DNA from: Gemmatimonadota bacterium
GTDB lineage: Bacteria; Gemmatimonadota; Gemmatimonadetes; Gemmatimonadales; GWC2-71-9
Length of the DNA: 64,000 nt
NCBI GenBank assembly: GCA_036679605.1
Contig: JAZDCZ010000011.1
Location: 32,001-96,000, forward strand
Direction: 5' to 3'
Below are positions 1 through 10,217 of the stretch, in pieces. The notes beneath the pieces are model-generated. The model worked only from the letters and a program-made list of their open reading frames with translations. It was not told where the DNA came from and ran no database searches. The translations under genes and the position numbers were made by a program. Position 1 is the first letter of the stretch; each line of letters starts with the position of its first letter.

Positions 1-174
1 CTGAGGATGGACGAAGCACCGGTGATCGACACTCACATCGTCCCCAGCAATCGCCCGCCCTCGGGAATGGGTGAGCCCCCCTATCCGTCGGTTGCACCAG
101 CGATTACCAACGCAATCTTCGCTGCCACAGGCAAGCGCATCCGACGCCTGCCGATTCGTGAGGGGGACCTCTAG
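1..174 (+). CDS. 3' end of a xanthine dehydrogenase-family molybdopterin-binding subunit (IorB-like), partial
   Basis: Frame 1 reads [51 protein letters not shown], the typical GxGEP..PAxxNAIFxATGKR.R.LP C-terminus. Confidence 0.85.
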   Translation: MRMDEAPVIDTHIVPSNRPPSGMGEPPYPSVAPAITNAIFAATGKRIRRLPIREGDL

Positions 175-232
175 GTGTCGGGGGCACCTTCTGTGTGGGG
201 TTCGGACTGACCCGGGCCGTTCGGCTGGCAAG

Positions 233-1696
233 ATGAAAGCTCGATCTCTTGCCCTCCTTCTGGGAGTTTGTGGCTATGCTCCATCCGCGGGAGAAACCCA
301 AGACCAGGGCCGATTTGCCATCGAGTCGGTGACCATAATAGATCCAGCGGCGCAGTCGGCGGATGCCGCGCGGCTCACCGACCAGACGGTGATGGTGGTC
401 GGCGACCGTATCGAGCGGGTGGGACCGTCCACCGAGGTGTTGATACCCAGAGGAACCCGAACCATCGACGGACGAGGACGCTTCCTGATCCCGGGTCTGT
501 GGGACATGCACGTCCACCCGGACGACCCCGAGATTTGGGAACTCCTCCAACCACCAGCCCATCTCCGGGACCTCTTCATGCCGAACTTTGTCGTCTGGGG
601 CGTGACCGGCGTTCGCGATATGGGTGGCGACTGGAGAGTCATCCAGGACTGGCGGAGGCGGATCGCCGCCGGTGCGCTCGTGGGGCCACGGATCGTGGCG
701 GCCGGGCCTTTGGTGGACGGGCCGGAACCGTCGTGGCCTGGCTCCGTGGCCGTGGAGAGCCCCGACCAGGGACGCGCTGCAGTGGACTCGCTCCTCGCCG
801 AGGGCGTGGACTTCATAAAGGTCTATGCCCAGCTGCCCCGGGAGGCGTTCTTCGCTGTTGTAGCCCGTGCACACGAGCGGGGGGTCAGGGTTTCGGGGCA
901 CGTACCCGACGAAGTCAGCCTGGAGGAAGCGCTGGAGGCCGGCCTCGACGATCAGCAGCACCTCCTCAAGATGCAGCGCGCGTTCAGCGATTGGCCAGCG
1001 ATCGTGGCTCATCTGCGGGAGATCGCGAACGACATCCCGCGGGAGAAACTCCGTGTCGAGGCGGCGCGTCTGGCGGAGGCCAACTACGACGAGGCGTCGG
1101 CGAGAGCTTACTACCGGCGAATGGCCCAGTCGGGTACTTGGGTGACGCCGACCTTGGTGGTGTGGAAGCGGAACGCGTTCTACCAGGCTGATGACCCCAC
1201 GGTGGCGCCATGGCTCCGCTACGTGCCCGAGTACCTCCGGAAATGGTGGACGCCGGAGGTGAATGTCCACCTGAGAAACGAGACCCCGGAGTCAGTCGAA
1301 GCCCTCCGTTTCTACTATCGGCTCTGGGTACGCATCGCCCGGGAACTGGCAGAGGTTGGCGTGCAACTGCTGGCCGGGTCGGACACTGGCGGGAACCCGC
1401 ACTTGATCCCCGGCATGAGTCTCCACGAGGAGCTGGAGCTTCTGGTGAACGCGGGTTTGACACCGCTTGAGGCGCTGCGCACCGCGACCCTGAATCCTGC
1501 GCTTTACATGAACATGGACACCGAACTGGGAACGGTCGAGACAGGGAAGGTCGCCGATATGATCCTGCTGGACGCGGACCCCCTCACGGACATCGCCAAT
1601 ACACGGAGCATCTCGGCCGTCGTCTATCGAGGGACGCTCCTAGATCGGCGTGACCGGGAGGTGCTCTTGGACAGCATCGCGTCGGCGGCTAGGTGA
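233..1696 (+). CDS. Secreted amidohydrolase family protein
   Basis: IDGRGRFLIPGLWDMHVH metal motif, DFIKVY, GHVP, AGSD, ALRTATLNPA, GKVADMILLDADPL; signal-like N-terminus from ATG 233. Confidence 0.9.
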   Translation: MKARSLALLLGVCGYAPSAGETQDQGRFAIESVTIIDPAAQSADAARLTDQTVMVVGDRIERVGPSTEVLIPRGTRTIDGRGRFLIPGLWDMHVHPDDPEIWELLQPPAHLRDLFMPNFVVWGVTGVRDMGGDWRVIQDWRRRIAAGALVGPRIVAAGPLVDGPEPSWPGSVAVESPDQGRAAVDSLLAEGVDFIKVYAQLPREAFFAVVARAHERGVRVSGHVPDEVSLEEALEAGLDDQQHLLKMQRAFSDWPAIVAHLREIANDIPREKLRVEAARLAEANYDEASARAYYRRMAQSGTWVTPTLVVWKRNAFYQADDPTVAPWLRYVPEYLRKWWTPEVNVHLRNETPESVEALRFYYRLWVRIARELAEVGVQLLAGSDTGGNPHLIPGMSLHEELELLVNAGLTPLEALRTATLNPALYMNMDTELGTVETGKVADMILLDADPLTDIANTRSISAVVYRGTLLDRRDREVLLDSIASAAR

Positions 1697-1850
1697 GGCC
1701 GATCGGGGATCCGCACACGTCTGATTGCCCAATCGGCACCTCCGACATGAGCGAGTATAAGTCTTTACTGATCGCCCATGCATCTCTCGGTGAAACCATC
1801 GTGTTACGCCCGTGTACGAGCACCCGTCCCCGCCAACCCGGAGATCGATC

Positions 1851-2890
1851 ATGAAGACTCCATCGATCGGCATCCTGGTGCTGTTTTCCGCCTGTGCTTC
1901 CGAGGATGCGGGTCCGCCCATCACGGTGACCGAGCGGGATAGTGCCGGCATCGCGATAGTTGAGAACCGCATCGACACGGCCGGTGCGCGCACCGAGTGG
2001 GAGATTGATCCCACGCCGACGCTCACGATCGGTGGACTAGACGCGCCGTAGTCCGAACAACTGTTCCGGGTGAGCGGCGGACGGCGGACGGCGGTTGGCC
2101 GACGGCCGGATCGTGGTTGCAGGTGGAGGGGCGGCGGAGATCCGCGTGTACGGTGCGGACGGCGCGCTGGTCGTGGCGCACGGACGAAAAGGCGAAGGTC
2201 CCGGGGAATTTCGGATGCCGAAGCTGGCGGGCGTGCTCGGCGGTGACAGCCTCGTCGTCTATGACAGCCAATTACGGCGTGTGTCGCTGGTGCACGCGGA
2301 GAGCGGCTTCGTGCGTTCCTATCTGGTGGGGATGGAGGGTGGTGGCTTCCCGATCGCGATCGGCATCACCGGCGAAGGCGGATTGGCCGTGGGCGGCGGC
2401 ATGTTCTTCTCAAGCGCGTCGGGTTTCCCGACCGGTGCCGTGCGGCCGAACTCACGATACGTGATTCTGGGACCGGACGGTTTGGTGCAAGGGGACCTGG
2501 GTGACGTGCCTGCAGCGGAGATGTTCGCGCGCACAAGCGGCAGCGCGTTCAGCGCATCGGCGTTGCCCTTTGGACGTGTCACCGCCGCGGCCATCGGTCC
2601 CGATCGATTGTGGCTCGGGACCGGTGACGCGTGGGAGATCAATGCGTATGCGCTGGATGCCACGCTCATGCGCATCGTGCGCTTCGATCGACCGCAGGCG
2701 CCGGTAACCGATGTACTGCGCAACGCCGAACTCGCCGAGCGGATCGAGGGTGCGGATAACGACAAGAGGCGCGGGAGATTCGGAACCGGTTCCGTGATAT
2801 GCCATCGCCCGAGCGAGTTCCGCCATACCAGGTCATGATTGTCGACGCGTTGGGATTCCTGTGGATCGGAGAGTACGTGCTGCCGCTCAC
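1851..2890 (+). pseudogene. 6-bladed beta-propeller lipoprotein, disrupted
   Basis: Lipobox LFSAC, RDSAGIAIVEN and GRKGEGPGEF motifs; in-frame TAG at 2049-2051, a 7-nt ACGGCGG duplication near 2080, another frameshift near 2765 and a truncated end. Confidence 0.8.
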
Positions 2891-2963
2891 GTTGTGGACG
2901 TTGCGGAGGCTGCTACGGATGTGAACAGTAGGGAAGCCGTTGATACGAAGGGCTGGTGTTGAG

Positions 2964-3875
2964 ATGAGGCGGCAAGCGCTGGCCGTCCTGTGCGCGGTTT
3001 TCTTTGTCTCCCCCGTGCTTGCGCAGAGTGCCCCAGGGTTGATCGGATCGATCGGCGACATTGACGACGTGGTGCTCGTGGGTATCAGGGCGGCCATCGT
3101 TCAAGGGAAAGCCGTTGCGATCCTCACCGATCCCGAGCCTGCCGTGTACGTCGTCACTTTCGATACCTCGCACACCCTCGGCGGCACGTGGGCCAATCAG
3201 ATCCATGTCGTCGGCGGTGATACGATACTCGGCACGTTCGTTCCTATGTCGATGGAGCGCGCTATCGTGCGACTCCGCGGCGACAGCCGCGATACGGTGC
3301 TCACGTTTGCGGCCCCACGCGATCTTCTTCGGCTGACGGCGCCGGGAGCGCCGTCGTTCACTGTCCGCCAGCCTTACACGCCGGATCATCGGTGGACAGT
3401 CATGCACGACGGAACCGTGGCCCATTGGCGTCCTGAGGATGACCGGTTGCATTTTATTGCACGGAATGGCGAGCGGATCGAGCCGGTCGATGTACCCGCC
3501 GCATCCGAGCGAGTCACGGACGTCGAGCGTGAGCATTGGGTGCAGACCGTGATCCCCAGCGAGTTCATGGGGCAACGGGTCTTCGAGCCGCTGCGTGCGG
3601 TGGCTCGCAAGCGCGCGGCGTTTCCCGATCTGCTGCCTCCGGTGTTGGACCTGCTTGCCAATCCAAACGGCGGTGTGTGGATGCGGCGGACGGTGAACGC
3701 GAGCGGAGAAGTGTGGACGCTGATGGTGCGCGACGGGACGGTGTATGGCTCGGTGCGATTCCCGGTTGGGCGCGAGCTTTTGAGTGTGGGTATTGGCGAG
3801 TTCGCCGTGCTGGCCAGAAACGAGTTGGGCGTCGAGATGGTGGAGCGCTATAGCCGGCCCGCATGGGCGCCGTGA
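2964..3875 (+). CDS. Secreted protein related to the beta-propeller family (C-terminal half recognisable)
   Basis: Signal peptide ending VLA-Q; C-terminus (LPPVLDLLANPNGGVW..RNELGVEMVERY) resembles the end of the 17315 paralog. Confidence 0.65.
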   Translation: MRRQALAVLCAVFFVSPVLAQSAPGLIGSIGDIDDVVLVGIRAAIVQGKAVAILTDPEPAVYVVTFDTSHTLGGTWANQIHVVGGDTILGTFVPMSMERAIVRLRGDSRDTVLTFAAPRDLLRLTAPGAPSFTVRQPYTPDHRWTVMHDGTVAHWRPEDDRLHFIARNGERIEPVDVPAASERVTDVEREHWVQTVIPSEFMGQRVFEPLRAVARKRAAFPDLLPPVLDLLANPNGGVWMRRTVNASGEVWTLMVRDGTVYGSVRFPVGRELLSVGIGEFAVLARNELGVEMVERYSRPAWAP

Positions 3876-4263
3876 CCTAGCTGCCGCACCACCCCACAAT
3901 GGACCGTTGGATCAGCCCATGTCAAGGAGTCAGTGTAACGCAGTCGCCCAACCGCGCACCGTTCTGCGCAAGCCACCTCTAAACACGCGGAAATGGCATC
4001 ACATCGTGGGGCATGGCAACTGCTCCAAGCCACCTACCGTTCGGCTCGATGGATCCCACAAGATTTCGTCGGTGGACCCATCGTCGTGGGCTGTATTGGA
4101 ACCTTGAAGTTTGCCCCCCGATCGCATTCATTGGTGAGGTCTTGCGTGTCTCATTGCTAGGTAGATGAAATCAGGCCTGTGGGACATGCACGTCGACCCG
4201 GCGACCCCGATATCTGGGAACTTCTCAAACCAGATGTCGTCAGCCGCAGTCATGATTTCGAGC

Positions 4264-6072
4264 ATGGGAGCGCATCACTTGAAACACCGCTGTCTCACAT
4301 CGTGGATCCTCCTCGGGACACTTCTGGCGGCCTCAGCAGGGGAAGTACAGGAGCACAACTTTCGGTCGCGCGTCGACTCGGTCTTCGCCGCCTGGAATAA
4401 TTCCAACTCGCCGGGATGCGCCGTGGGAGTTGACCTGCGCGGCGACACGATAATGCGAGCCGGGTATGGTCAGGCCGATCTCGAGCACTCGGCTCCCTGG
4501 ACGTCCAGAACGCCTGGCTACATTGGCTCTGCCGTCAAGCAGTTCGAGGCGTTCATTATTGTTCTCCTCGAGCAGCGAGGTCGCCTGTCCCTTGACGACG
4601 ACATTCGGCGGTACGTGCCCGAGATGCCAGAATACGGTCACACGATCACGTTGCGGCAGCTACTGCACCACACCAGCGGTATCCGTGACTTCCCGAGCAT
4701 GATGTATTATGCGGGGTTCGGCAGAGGGCGTCCGTATGGAGACCGCGAGATCTCTGACATGATTCTGCGGCAACGGCAGCTGCTTTTCACTCCGGGAACC
4801 GATGTGTCCTACAGCACGTCAGGATACTGGCTGCTGTCCCTTATCGTCGAGCGAGTCGCCGGACGACCTTGGGCGGAGGTGGTCAGGGACGAAGTGTTCG
4901 GGCCGCTGGAGATGTCCGAGACCTTTTTCCAAAGCAATCTCTCTACGCTTGTCCCGGGGCGCTCTCTGGGGTATCAATCCGCGCCGGACGGAGGGTTCAG
5001 GCTGTATGAGCGCGCCTTCGTTACGAATACGTCCCTATTTATGTCTGTGGATGATCTCTTACGCTGGGCGGCCAATTTCTCGCACGCCCGCGTCGGCGGC
5101 GAGATCGTATTATCCGAGCTGAGGCGACCGGGCGTGTTGTCAAACGGGGATACGATTCCGGAGGCGCCCGGCCTCGTCATCGAGGATTACGACGGTCGCC
5201 GCATGATCTCGCATAATGGCCGCAATGCGGGGCACACGGCGGAGCTTATCCGCTTCCCGGAGTTGCAGCTCTCCATTGCCGTCCTGTGCAACGTTCGGGA
5301 GGCGTCGGCACCGCGGTTCGCCCGTCGCATCGCGGACCTCGCTTTGCCGTTTGCGTCGAAACCGCCGGACCGATACACAACTGTGAAAGAGCAGGAGGGT
5401 GCCCGGGCCGGCGCGGAAGACGACGAGAGCTTGCGGCAGGCCACTCCGCCAGCCAGCCCGGAAAATAGAAAAGCTCAAGCTTCCTGGCGCCCTTCGGCTG
5501 CGCAACTGGCGGAGGTATTGGGGGACTACGTTCGGGGGGAGAACGTCTTCAAGGTCTCCGCCAGCGCTGAGCCCGCCACCGTCGATCTGATCGAGGTACG
5601 GTTCAATGACGGTGCCGACATCTTTGGTCTGGCTCCGCTGCAAGCGCGCGTGTTCCAGTTGACCGGCCCGGCGGCAGATCCCTCGGAAACGGTGGAGTTT
5701 GTAGAGTCGAGTTCCGGGGTGCCCTCCTTGATCTATGACTCCGGATCCGGGGCGGCCCTGGAATTCACTCGAGTGCCAGCACCAACGGACTCCGATCTCG
5801 CCGTTGTTGGAGGTTCTTTCCACAGCCCAGATCTCGATGTCACATACATCGTGAGACTCGACGGGGAACACCTCGCGGTCCGCATAGCATCACCCCTTGC
5901 GTCTCCCGTCTTTCCACGCGGGCTATTCCGCCTAGGTGGCCTGCAATGGACGGACGGGGCCGGCACTCGAATCGCGTTCTATCGAAAGGAGGACGGTTCG
6001 ACGACGATGACGGTCTCCGACCCTCGGGTTGGTGATCTTGAATTCGTTCGTGCAGATACGGCAGTGCCGTAG
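4264..6072 (+). CDS. Serine hydrolase, beta-lactamase (class C-like) family
   Basis: PGCAVGV, GSAVKQF (SxxK), ITLRQLLHHTSG, YSTSGY, ISHNG; start codon uncertain (ORF is open from 4165). Confidence 0.88.
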   Translation: MGAHHLKHRCLTSWILLGTLLAASAGEVQEHNFRSRVDSVFAAWNNSNSPGCAVGVDLRGDTIMRAGYGQADLEHSAPWTSRTPGYIGSAVKQFEAFIIVLLEQRGRLSLDDDIRRYVPEMPEYGHTITLRQLLHHTSGIRDFPSMMYYAGFGRGRPYGDREISDMILRQRQLLFTPGTDVSYSTSGYWLLSLIVERVAGRPWAEVVRDEVFGPLEMSETFFQSNLSTLVPGRSLGYQSAPDGGFRLYERAFVTNTSLFMSVDDLLRWAANFSHARVGGEIVLSELRRPGVLSNGDTIPEAPGLVIEDYDGRRMISHNGRNAGHTAELIRFPELQLSIAVLCNVREASAPRFARRIADLALPFASKPPDRYTTVKEQEGARAGAEDDESLRQATPPASPENRKAQASWRPSAAQLAEVLGDYVRGENVFKVSASAEPATVDLIEVRFNDGADIFGLAPLQARVFQLTGPAADPSETVEFVESSSGVPSLIYDSGSGAALEFTRVPAPTDSDLAVVGGSFHSPDLDVTYIVRLDGEHLAVRIASPLASPVFPRGLFRLGGLQWTDGAGTRIAFYRKEDGSTTMTVSDPRVGDLEFVRADTAVP

Positions 6073-6161
6073 GCCGTCGTCGGTTTTGAACCGTCCTCCC
6101 GCCGATGTTTCAATAACGCGTGCTCATGGACAGGTCTCGGTTGTGGGTCCTCGCAATGTGT

Positions 6162-6350
6162 ATGCAACGGAAGTGCCCCCACCTGGTCGTCACGAATGTA
6201 ACCGTTGGCACACCAGCGGCTCGCGCAGGAGTTCAGTGTGTAGATGTGTTGGTTGCCGTGGATGGAGTAGCGCCAAGAAGCCATCGGAGCTATCGCGGGC
6301 TGCTCAGGAGACGAAACCGGTGACACATTGAGACTTTCATTGATACGCAA
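6162..6350 (+). pseudogene. PDZ-domain gene relic
   Basis: VTNVTVGTPAARAGVQCVDVLVAVDG matches the PDZ pattern V..V..GSPA..AGL..GD.I..VDG. Confidence 0.5.
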
Positions 6351-6432
6351 CGGCATTGCTCGGCAAACGGCCTGCGACCACGGAAGTGAGCTTCCGACTG
6401 CACAGGTAGGTGAACCCTCCTAAGGACGTGGC

Positions 6433-7500
6433 ATGATGCGAAGTCTTGATCGTCTAATTGCGGACTGGGCTGGTGTCATGACTGTAGTTCGATACTTCAA
6501 GGGTATCGATGCCTGGCTGTTCCTCGCCGTGCACGATGTCACTCTCGGTCCTGCGGTAGGTGGCACACGCATACAACGTTACGACAGTTCCGAAGAAGCG
6601 CTTCTTGACGCAATGAGGTTGGCGGAAGCAATGACTCGGAAGTGGGCCATCATATCAGCACCGTGCGGAGGTGGTAAAGCCGTGATTGCGCCTCAACGGC
6701 CTCTCTCTGGATCCGAGCGGCACCGCCTCTTAGAGGAGTACGCCTGCGTTCTGAACGCCCTCGGCGGCGCATTCCGAACCGGTGAAGACGTGGGTGTGTC
6801 GCGCAAGGATGCCCTCCACTTGAGCAATCACACTCCGTGGATATCGGGTCTGTTCGAAGTGCCCGGTCTTGACGAACCTAGCGCGTATTATACAGCACGT
6901 GGTGTGCTTGCCGGCCTCCGAGTGGCGTTGCGTCATGAGTTTGGTACTGACGACCTCCACGGTCGGACAATCCTTGTGCAGGGAGTCGGGAAAGTTGGTG
7001 CTTGGCTCGCGTGCCTGGCAGCCGAACGGGGAGCTCGGTTACTCGTTTCCGATCTAGACCGCAAACGGGCGGAAAAGGTAGCCGATGGTCTTCGTGGTCA
7101 GGTCTCGGTTGTGAATCCTCGTCATGTGTATGGGGCGGAATGTGATGTATTCGCACCCTGCGCGTTGGGGCGAGTGCTCAACCAAGTAACCGTCGCGCGC
7201 CTCCGATGCCGAGTAGTCGCAGGCGCCGCGAACGATCAACTGGCAACCGAAGAAGATGCTGTGACACTACATGGCCGGGGGATTCTATACGTGCCGGATT
7301 TCGCGATCAACACTGGGGCCATTGTCGGTCTCGATGAGCTCGGCCCAACCGTGACACCGACCGACCGCGAGCGCGCGGTGGACGAGATCGGAGATCTCGT
7401 CGATAGCATACTACACGAATCGCGGGCAAGAGCCGAACTGCCCACGACCATTGCCCGGGAAAGGGCTGAACGTGCCCTGCGACACGAAAGAACCACATGA
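6433..7500 (+). CDS. Glu/Leu/Phe/Val dehydrogenase (leucine dehydrogenase-like)
   Basis: GPAVGGTR, GGGKAV, TGEDVG, VQGVGKVG Rossmann motif, DVFAPCALG, GAANDQL. Confidence 0.92.
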   Translation: MMRSLDRLIADWAGVMTVVRYFKGIDAWLFLAVHDVTLGPAVGGTRIQRYDSSEEALLDAMRLAEAMTRKWAIISAPCGGGKAVIAPQRPLSGSERHRLLEEYACVLNALGGAFRTGEDVGVSRKDALHLSNHTPWISGLFEVPGLDEPSAYYTARGVLAGLRVALRHEFGTDDLHGRTILVQGVGKVGAWLACLAAERGARLLVSDLDRKRAEKVADGLRGQVSVVNPRHVYGAECDVFAPCALGRVLNQVTVARLRCRVVAGAANDQLATEEDAVTLHGRGILYVPDFAINTGAIVGLDELGPTVTPTDRERAVDEIGDLVDSILHESRARAELPTTIARERAERALRHERTT

Positions 7501-7511
7501 GGCCGAAGCAG

Positions 7512-7576
7512 ATCGAACGATGCGGCTTGGACTCTTGCTCGAGAATTCATCTGTGGAGCCAAGGCGGCTGTTAGAC
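7512..7576 (+). other. Candidate degenerate integron attC site
   Basis: ATCGAAC..GGCTTGGACTC / GAGCCAAGG..GTTAGAC imperfect palindrome of 65 bp with unpaired bases, 11 nt after a stop codon. Confidence 0.45.
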
Positions 7577-7689
7577 AACGCGGCTGGCACGCAGCAGTCG
7601 TGCTACAATCTATTAGGGAATACGCGCTCTCGAGGCGCCGTAGAATATGGAGATATGCGGGCAATCCATTCACGAGTTGAGGTTGAGTC

Positions 7690-8286
7690 ATGACACGATC
7701 GATCCTGATTACAACTCTCCTGTGCGTATGTCCCTACGCGGCCCAGGCCCAAGTCTCAGATGCCGAAGTGCAAGCATACCTGGAATCGAATCGACCAAGC
7801 GGCTCTGGTCCAGGGCTGGTGATCGTGCGTGCCGACGGCGAACTCACTTACGACAATCAACCCGATACTGCCGTTCTCTATACCTATCAGATCGGTGAGT
7901 CTAGGAACCGTAGCAAACGGCAATACCTTGTCGTGTTCAAATCATTTGGGAGCAGATACGAGCCGATCAAGCATAGGCTCGTAGGATCACAGGGTACTCA
8001 ACTCTTTGAAGAGCTATCGATACAGGACCGAACGATAGTGCTGCGGGGGAAGGGATATTCTCCAAAGGATGCTATGTGCTGCCCTTCCGGGACGGCTCTG
8101 GTAAAGTACGTGCTTGTCGATGGCGAGCTAGTCTCGGTCTTGCTGGGCAGCCCACGGCACCTGCGGCTGATGGAAGAGGTGGAACGCCGTAATCGCGGTG
8201 TGGTTGGTCTACGGGCAGCCGGTGGGAGGTTGCCGGGTCTATGGCCTGCTTTCCGAGTAACTACTGGAGGCGAATGCGCACAGTGA
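7690..8286 (+). CDS. Secreted hypothetical protein
   Basis: Signal peptide; YSPKDAMCCPS motif; the C-terminal tail may be read-through. Confidence 0.65.
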   Translation: MTRSILITTLLCVCPYAAQAQVSDAEVQAYLESNRPSGSGPGLVIVRADGELTYDNQPDTAVLYTYQIGESRNRSKRQYLVVFKSFGSRYEPIKHRLVGSQGTQLFEELSIQDRTIVLRGKGYSPKDAMCCPSGTALVKYVLVDGELVSVLLGSPRHLRLMEEVERRNRGVVGLRAAGGRLPGLWPAFRVTTGGECAQ

Positions 8287-9796
8287 AGCGTGCCTTTTTT
8301 CGGGCCCCGCGAATGAAGGCGAAATTGAGGTCATAGACCGGCAAGAAGGCGTACCCCCAGGTGGAGTTCCCCATCGTACGTGCTCGCAAGATCAGAACGT
8401 TGGGTTTAAGGCGTTTTGCCCAGGTTGTATCTGCCCACAGCCCCGGTGGCAGGACCGCTATTCCTGACGAATCGACTTCCAACGTGAAGTCCGGTTCGGC
8501 TAGATACACATCTTGGTAGTCATCTTCGCCCCGATCGAGGAATACATCCAGTGCGACGACATCCCTTAAAGGTTCGGCGGGGCCGCTCTCCGGAGCCAGC
8601 AAGAACTCAATGCGCTCAGGCACATGGGCAAGGTAGGGATTCCCCCCTTCCGTTAACGAGTTCTCGGGGTTCCCGAACTCATCAATCCATCGTGGCGTGC
8701 GACGTCCCGTGAAGAGATTGAGCCCGTAAGCAGAGTGCGCGGAGAGCTTGGTTTCCTTTCGGTAGTTCACGCCCATCAGTGTGAAGTCAAAGTTCGGACT
8801 GTACGCCCGGGTACCCCGCACATACATCCGCTTGGAGCCAGCCGCTTCGTTTCCATCTGGATCCAGGATTCTTATCTCGCTTCCGTTCCCCCTGAGGTGG
8901 AACACCTCGTAGGCGTACAGATCAAGGAGACCACGCTGATGCAGGAGTTCATGCAGAACGACCGTCTGATGCTCTACGCCTTGGAGCGAACCGACCCGCA
9001 ACGAAGAGAACCGGTTCCGCTCGCTGAAATACCACACCAGATCGTCATCACGGTCTTGCGGCCAAGGAGACCCAGTCGGCAACACGACGACACGGTCCAG
9101 CCGCAGGCGGTCGATGACGGCGTAGTCGAAGTTAAAGGGTTCAAGTTGTCTTCCCAGGATATCGTTCCAACGCTCCACCTCGTCCCGCGCCCACAGCTCG
9201 AACGGCGGGACTCCAGGTTCTTGAGCCATCCAGTCATAGATCTCCTGCTCAATCCAGAGACCGACACTCAGGGCGTTCGAGATGACAGTGATCTCGTCCG
9301 AAACAGCGATGCCGGCGGCGGTGTCCACATCGAAGGTAAAACCGATCTCTTCACGGGTGGTGCTCCATGCACGTGCAAGCTCCATTACCGTCTCTCCCGG
9401 TGACAGATCGGCTTCGCCGCTCTCCACGGTGTTGCCGCCGATCTGCCAACTGTACCTGGCACCGGCCAGCGTATCGCTTCTGCCGTTCAGCACGTGCACC
9501 TGCCAGCGCACCTCTTGACCAGGCTCAGGCCAACCGGTCTCAGGCGGTGCATCGAGGCCTGTCGGCAGCGTAATCCTAGGCGCTAGGGATACCCAGCCGA
9601 TTGCTGGGGCCGCCGGTTCCTTTGCGACTGGGAGCGGGGGACTTGGGACTGTGGGCGGGTCACTTGGGACTGGTTCGTTCACCGGATCCGTTGGGGTTGG
9701 GTCGTCCACCGGATCCGTTGAGGTTGGATTGTCCGCGACACAGCCCCATAGCAGCAGGCTCGCCAGGAGCGTACCGGTCACAGCCAGTGCTTGCAT
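8261..9796 (-). CDS. Hypothetical lipoprotein with HExxH zinc-peptidase motif
   Basis: Lipobox LLWGC, Pro/Thr/Asp linker with a 27-nt tandem repeat, VLHELLHQRGLLDLY. Confidence 0.7.
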   Translation of the reverse strand: MQALAVTGTLLASLLLWGCVADNPTSTDPVDDPTPTDPVNEPVPSDPPTVPSPPLPVAKEPAAPAIGWVSLAPRITLPTGLDAPPETGWPEPGQEVRWQVHVLNGRSDTLAGARYSWQIGGNTVESGEADLSPGETVMELARAWSTTREEIGFTFDVDTAAGIAVSDEITVISNALSVGLWIEQEIYDWMAQEPGVPPFELWARDEVERWNDILGRQLEPFNFDYAVIDRLRLDRVVVLPTGSPWPQDRDDDLVWYFSERNRFSSLRVGSLQGVEHQTVVLHELLHQRGLLDLYAYEVFHLRGNGSEIRILDPDGNEAAGSKRMYVRGTRAYSPNFDFTLMGVNYRKETKLSAHSAYGLNLFTGRRTPRWIDEFGNPENSLTEGGNPYLAHVPERIEFLLAPESGPAEPLRDVVALDVFLDRGEDDYQDVYLAEPDFTLEVDSSGIAVLPPGLWADTTWAKRLKPNVLILRARTMGNSTWGYAFLPVYDLNFAFIRGARKKARFTVRIRLQ

Positions 9797-10117
9797 GTAG
9801 TTCTGATCAGGACTAACTCTTTCTTGAAGCACTAGCCGTGCTCTCCCGTTTCGGGGTCTCCTATGTTTACACATGAGAGCAAGCCATGTCTCCTCGAACC
9901 AGGCAGAATTGGCGTTGTTCCAGTCGCATCAACCTGACAATGCCCTTCGGATTCCTCAAGGCTCCATTCACGGAGGCCACGAGGTAACCATTCCGGCCTC
10001 CTGGCACTCTACCCTGGGAGGTGACTGGCGAATGCCTTGCTGGCGATGCGCAGTGACCACTGGTCGTCCCGCTCTGGTACGTCCCAAATGGTATCACTGT
10101 CGACAAGCGAGTTGGCT

Positions 10118-10155
10118 CCTTGAGAGTATTAGCGGTGCGCTTTAACGTCTCAAGA
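10118..10155. other. CCTTGAGA-N22-TCTCAAG dyad site, copy A
   Basis: Same arms and 22-nt spacer as the sites at 13513 and 29160. Confidence 0.6.
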
Positions 10156-10217
10156 TCTCAAACCTTGGAGAAGACATTATATCACGCAGTTATTCCACAG
10201 ATCGAGATGCGGGCCGA

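Noticed and set aside
2049..2051. In-frame TAG as amber recoding
   Set aside because: The same gene also has frameshifts, and TAG ends many other genes here; simple pseudogenisation explains it
10020..10080. ZTP riboswitch (GTGACTGGCG)
   Set aside because: The downstream conserved elements and a suitable regulated gene are missing
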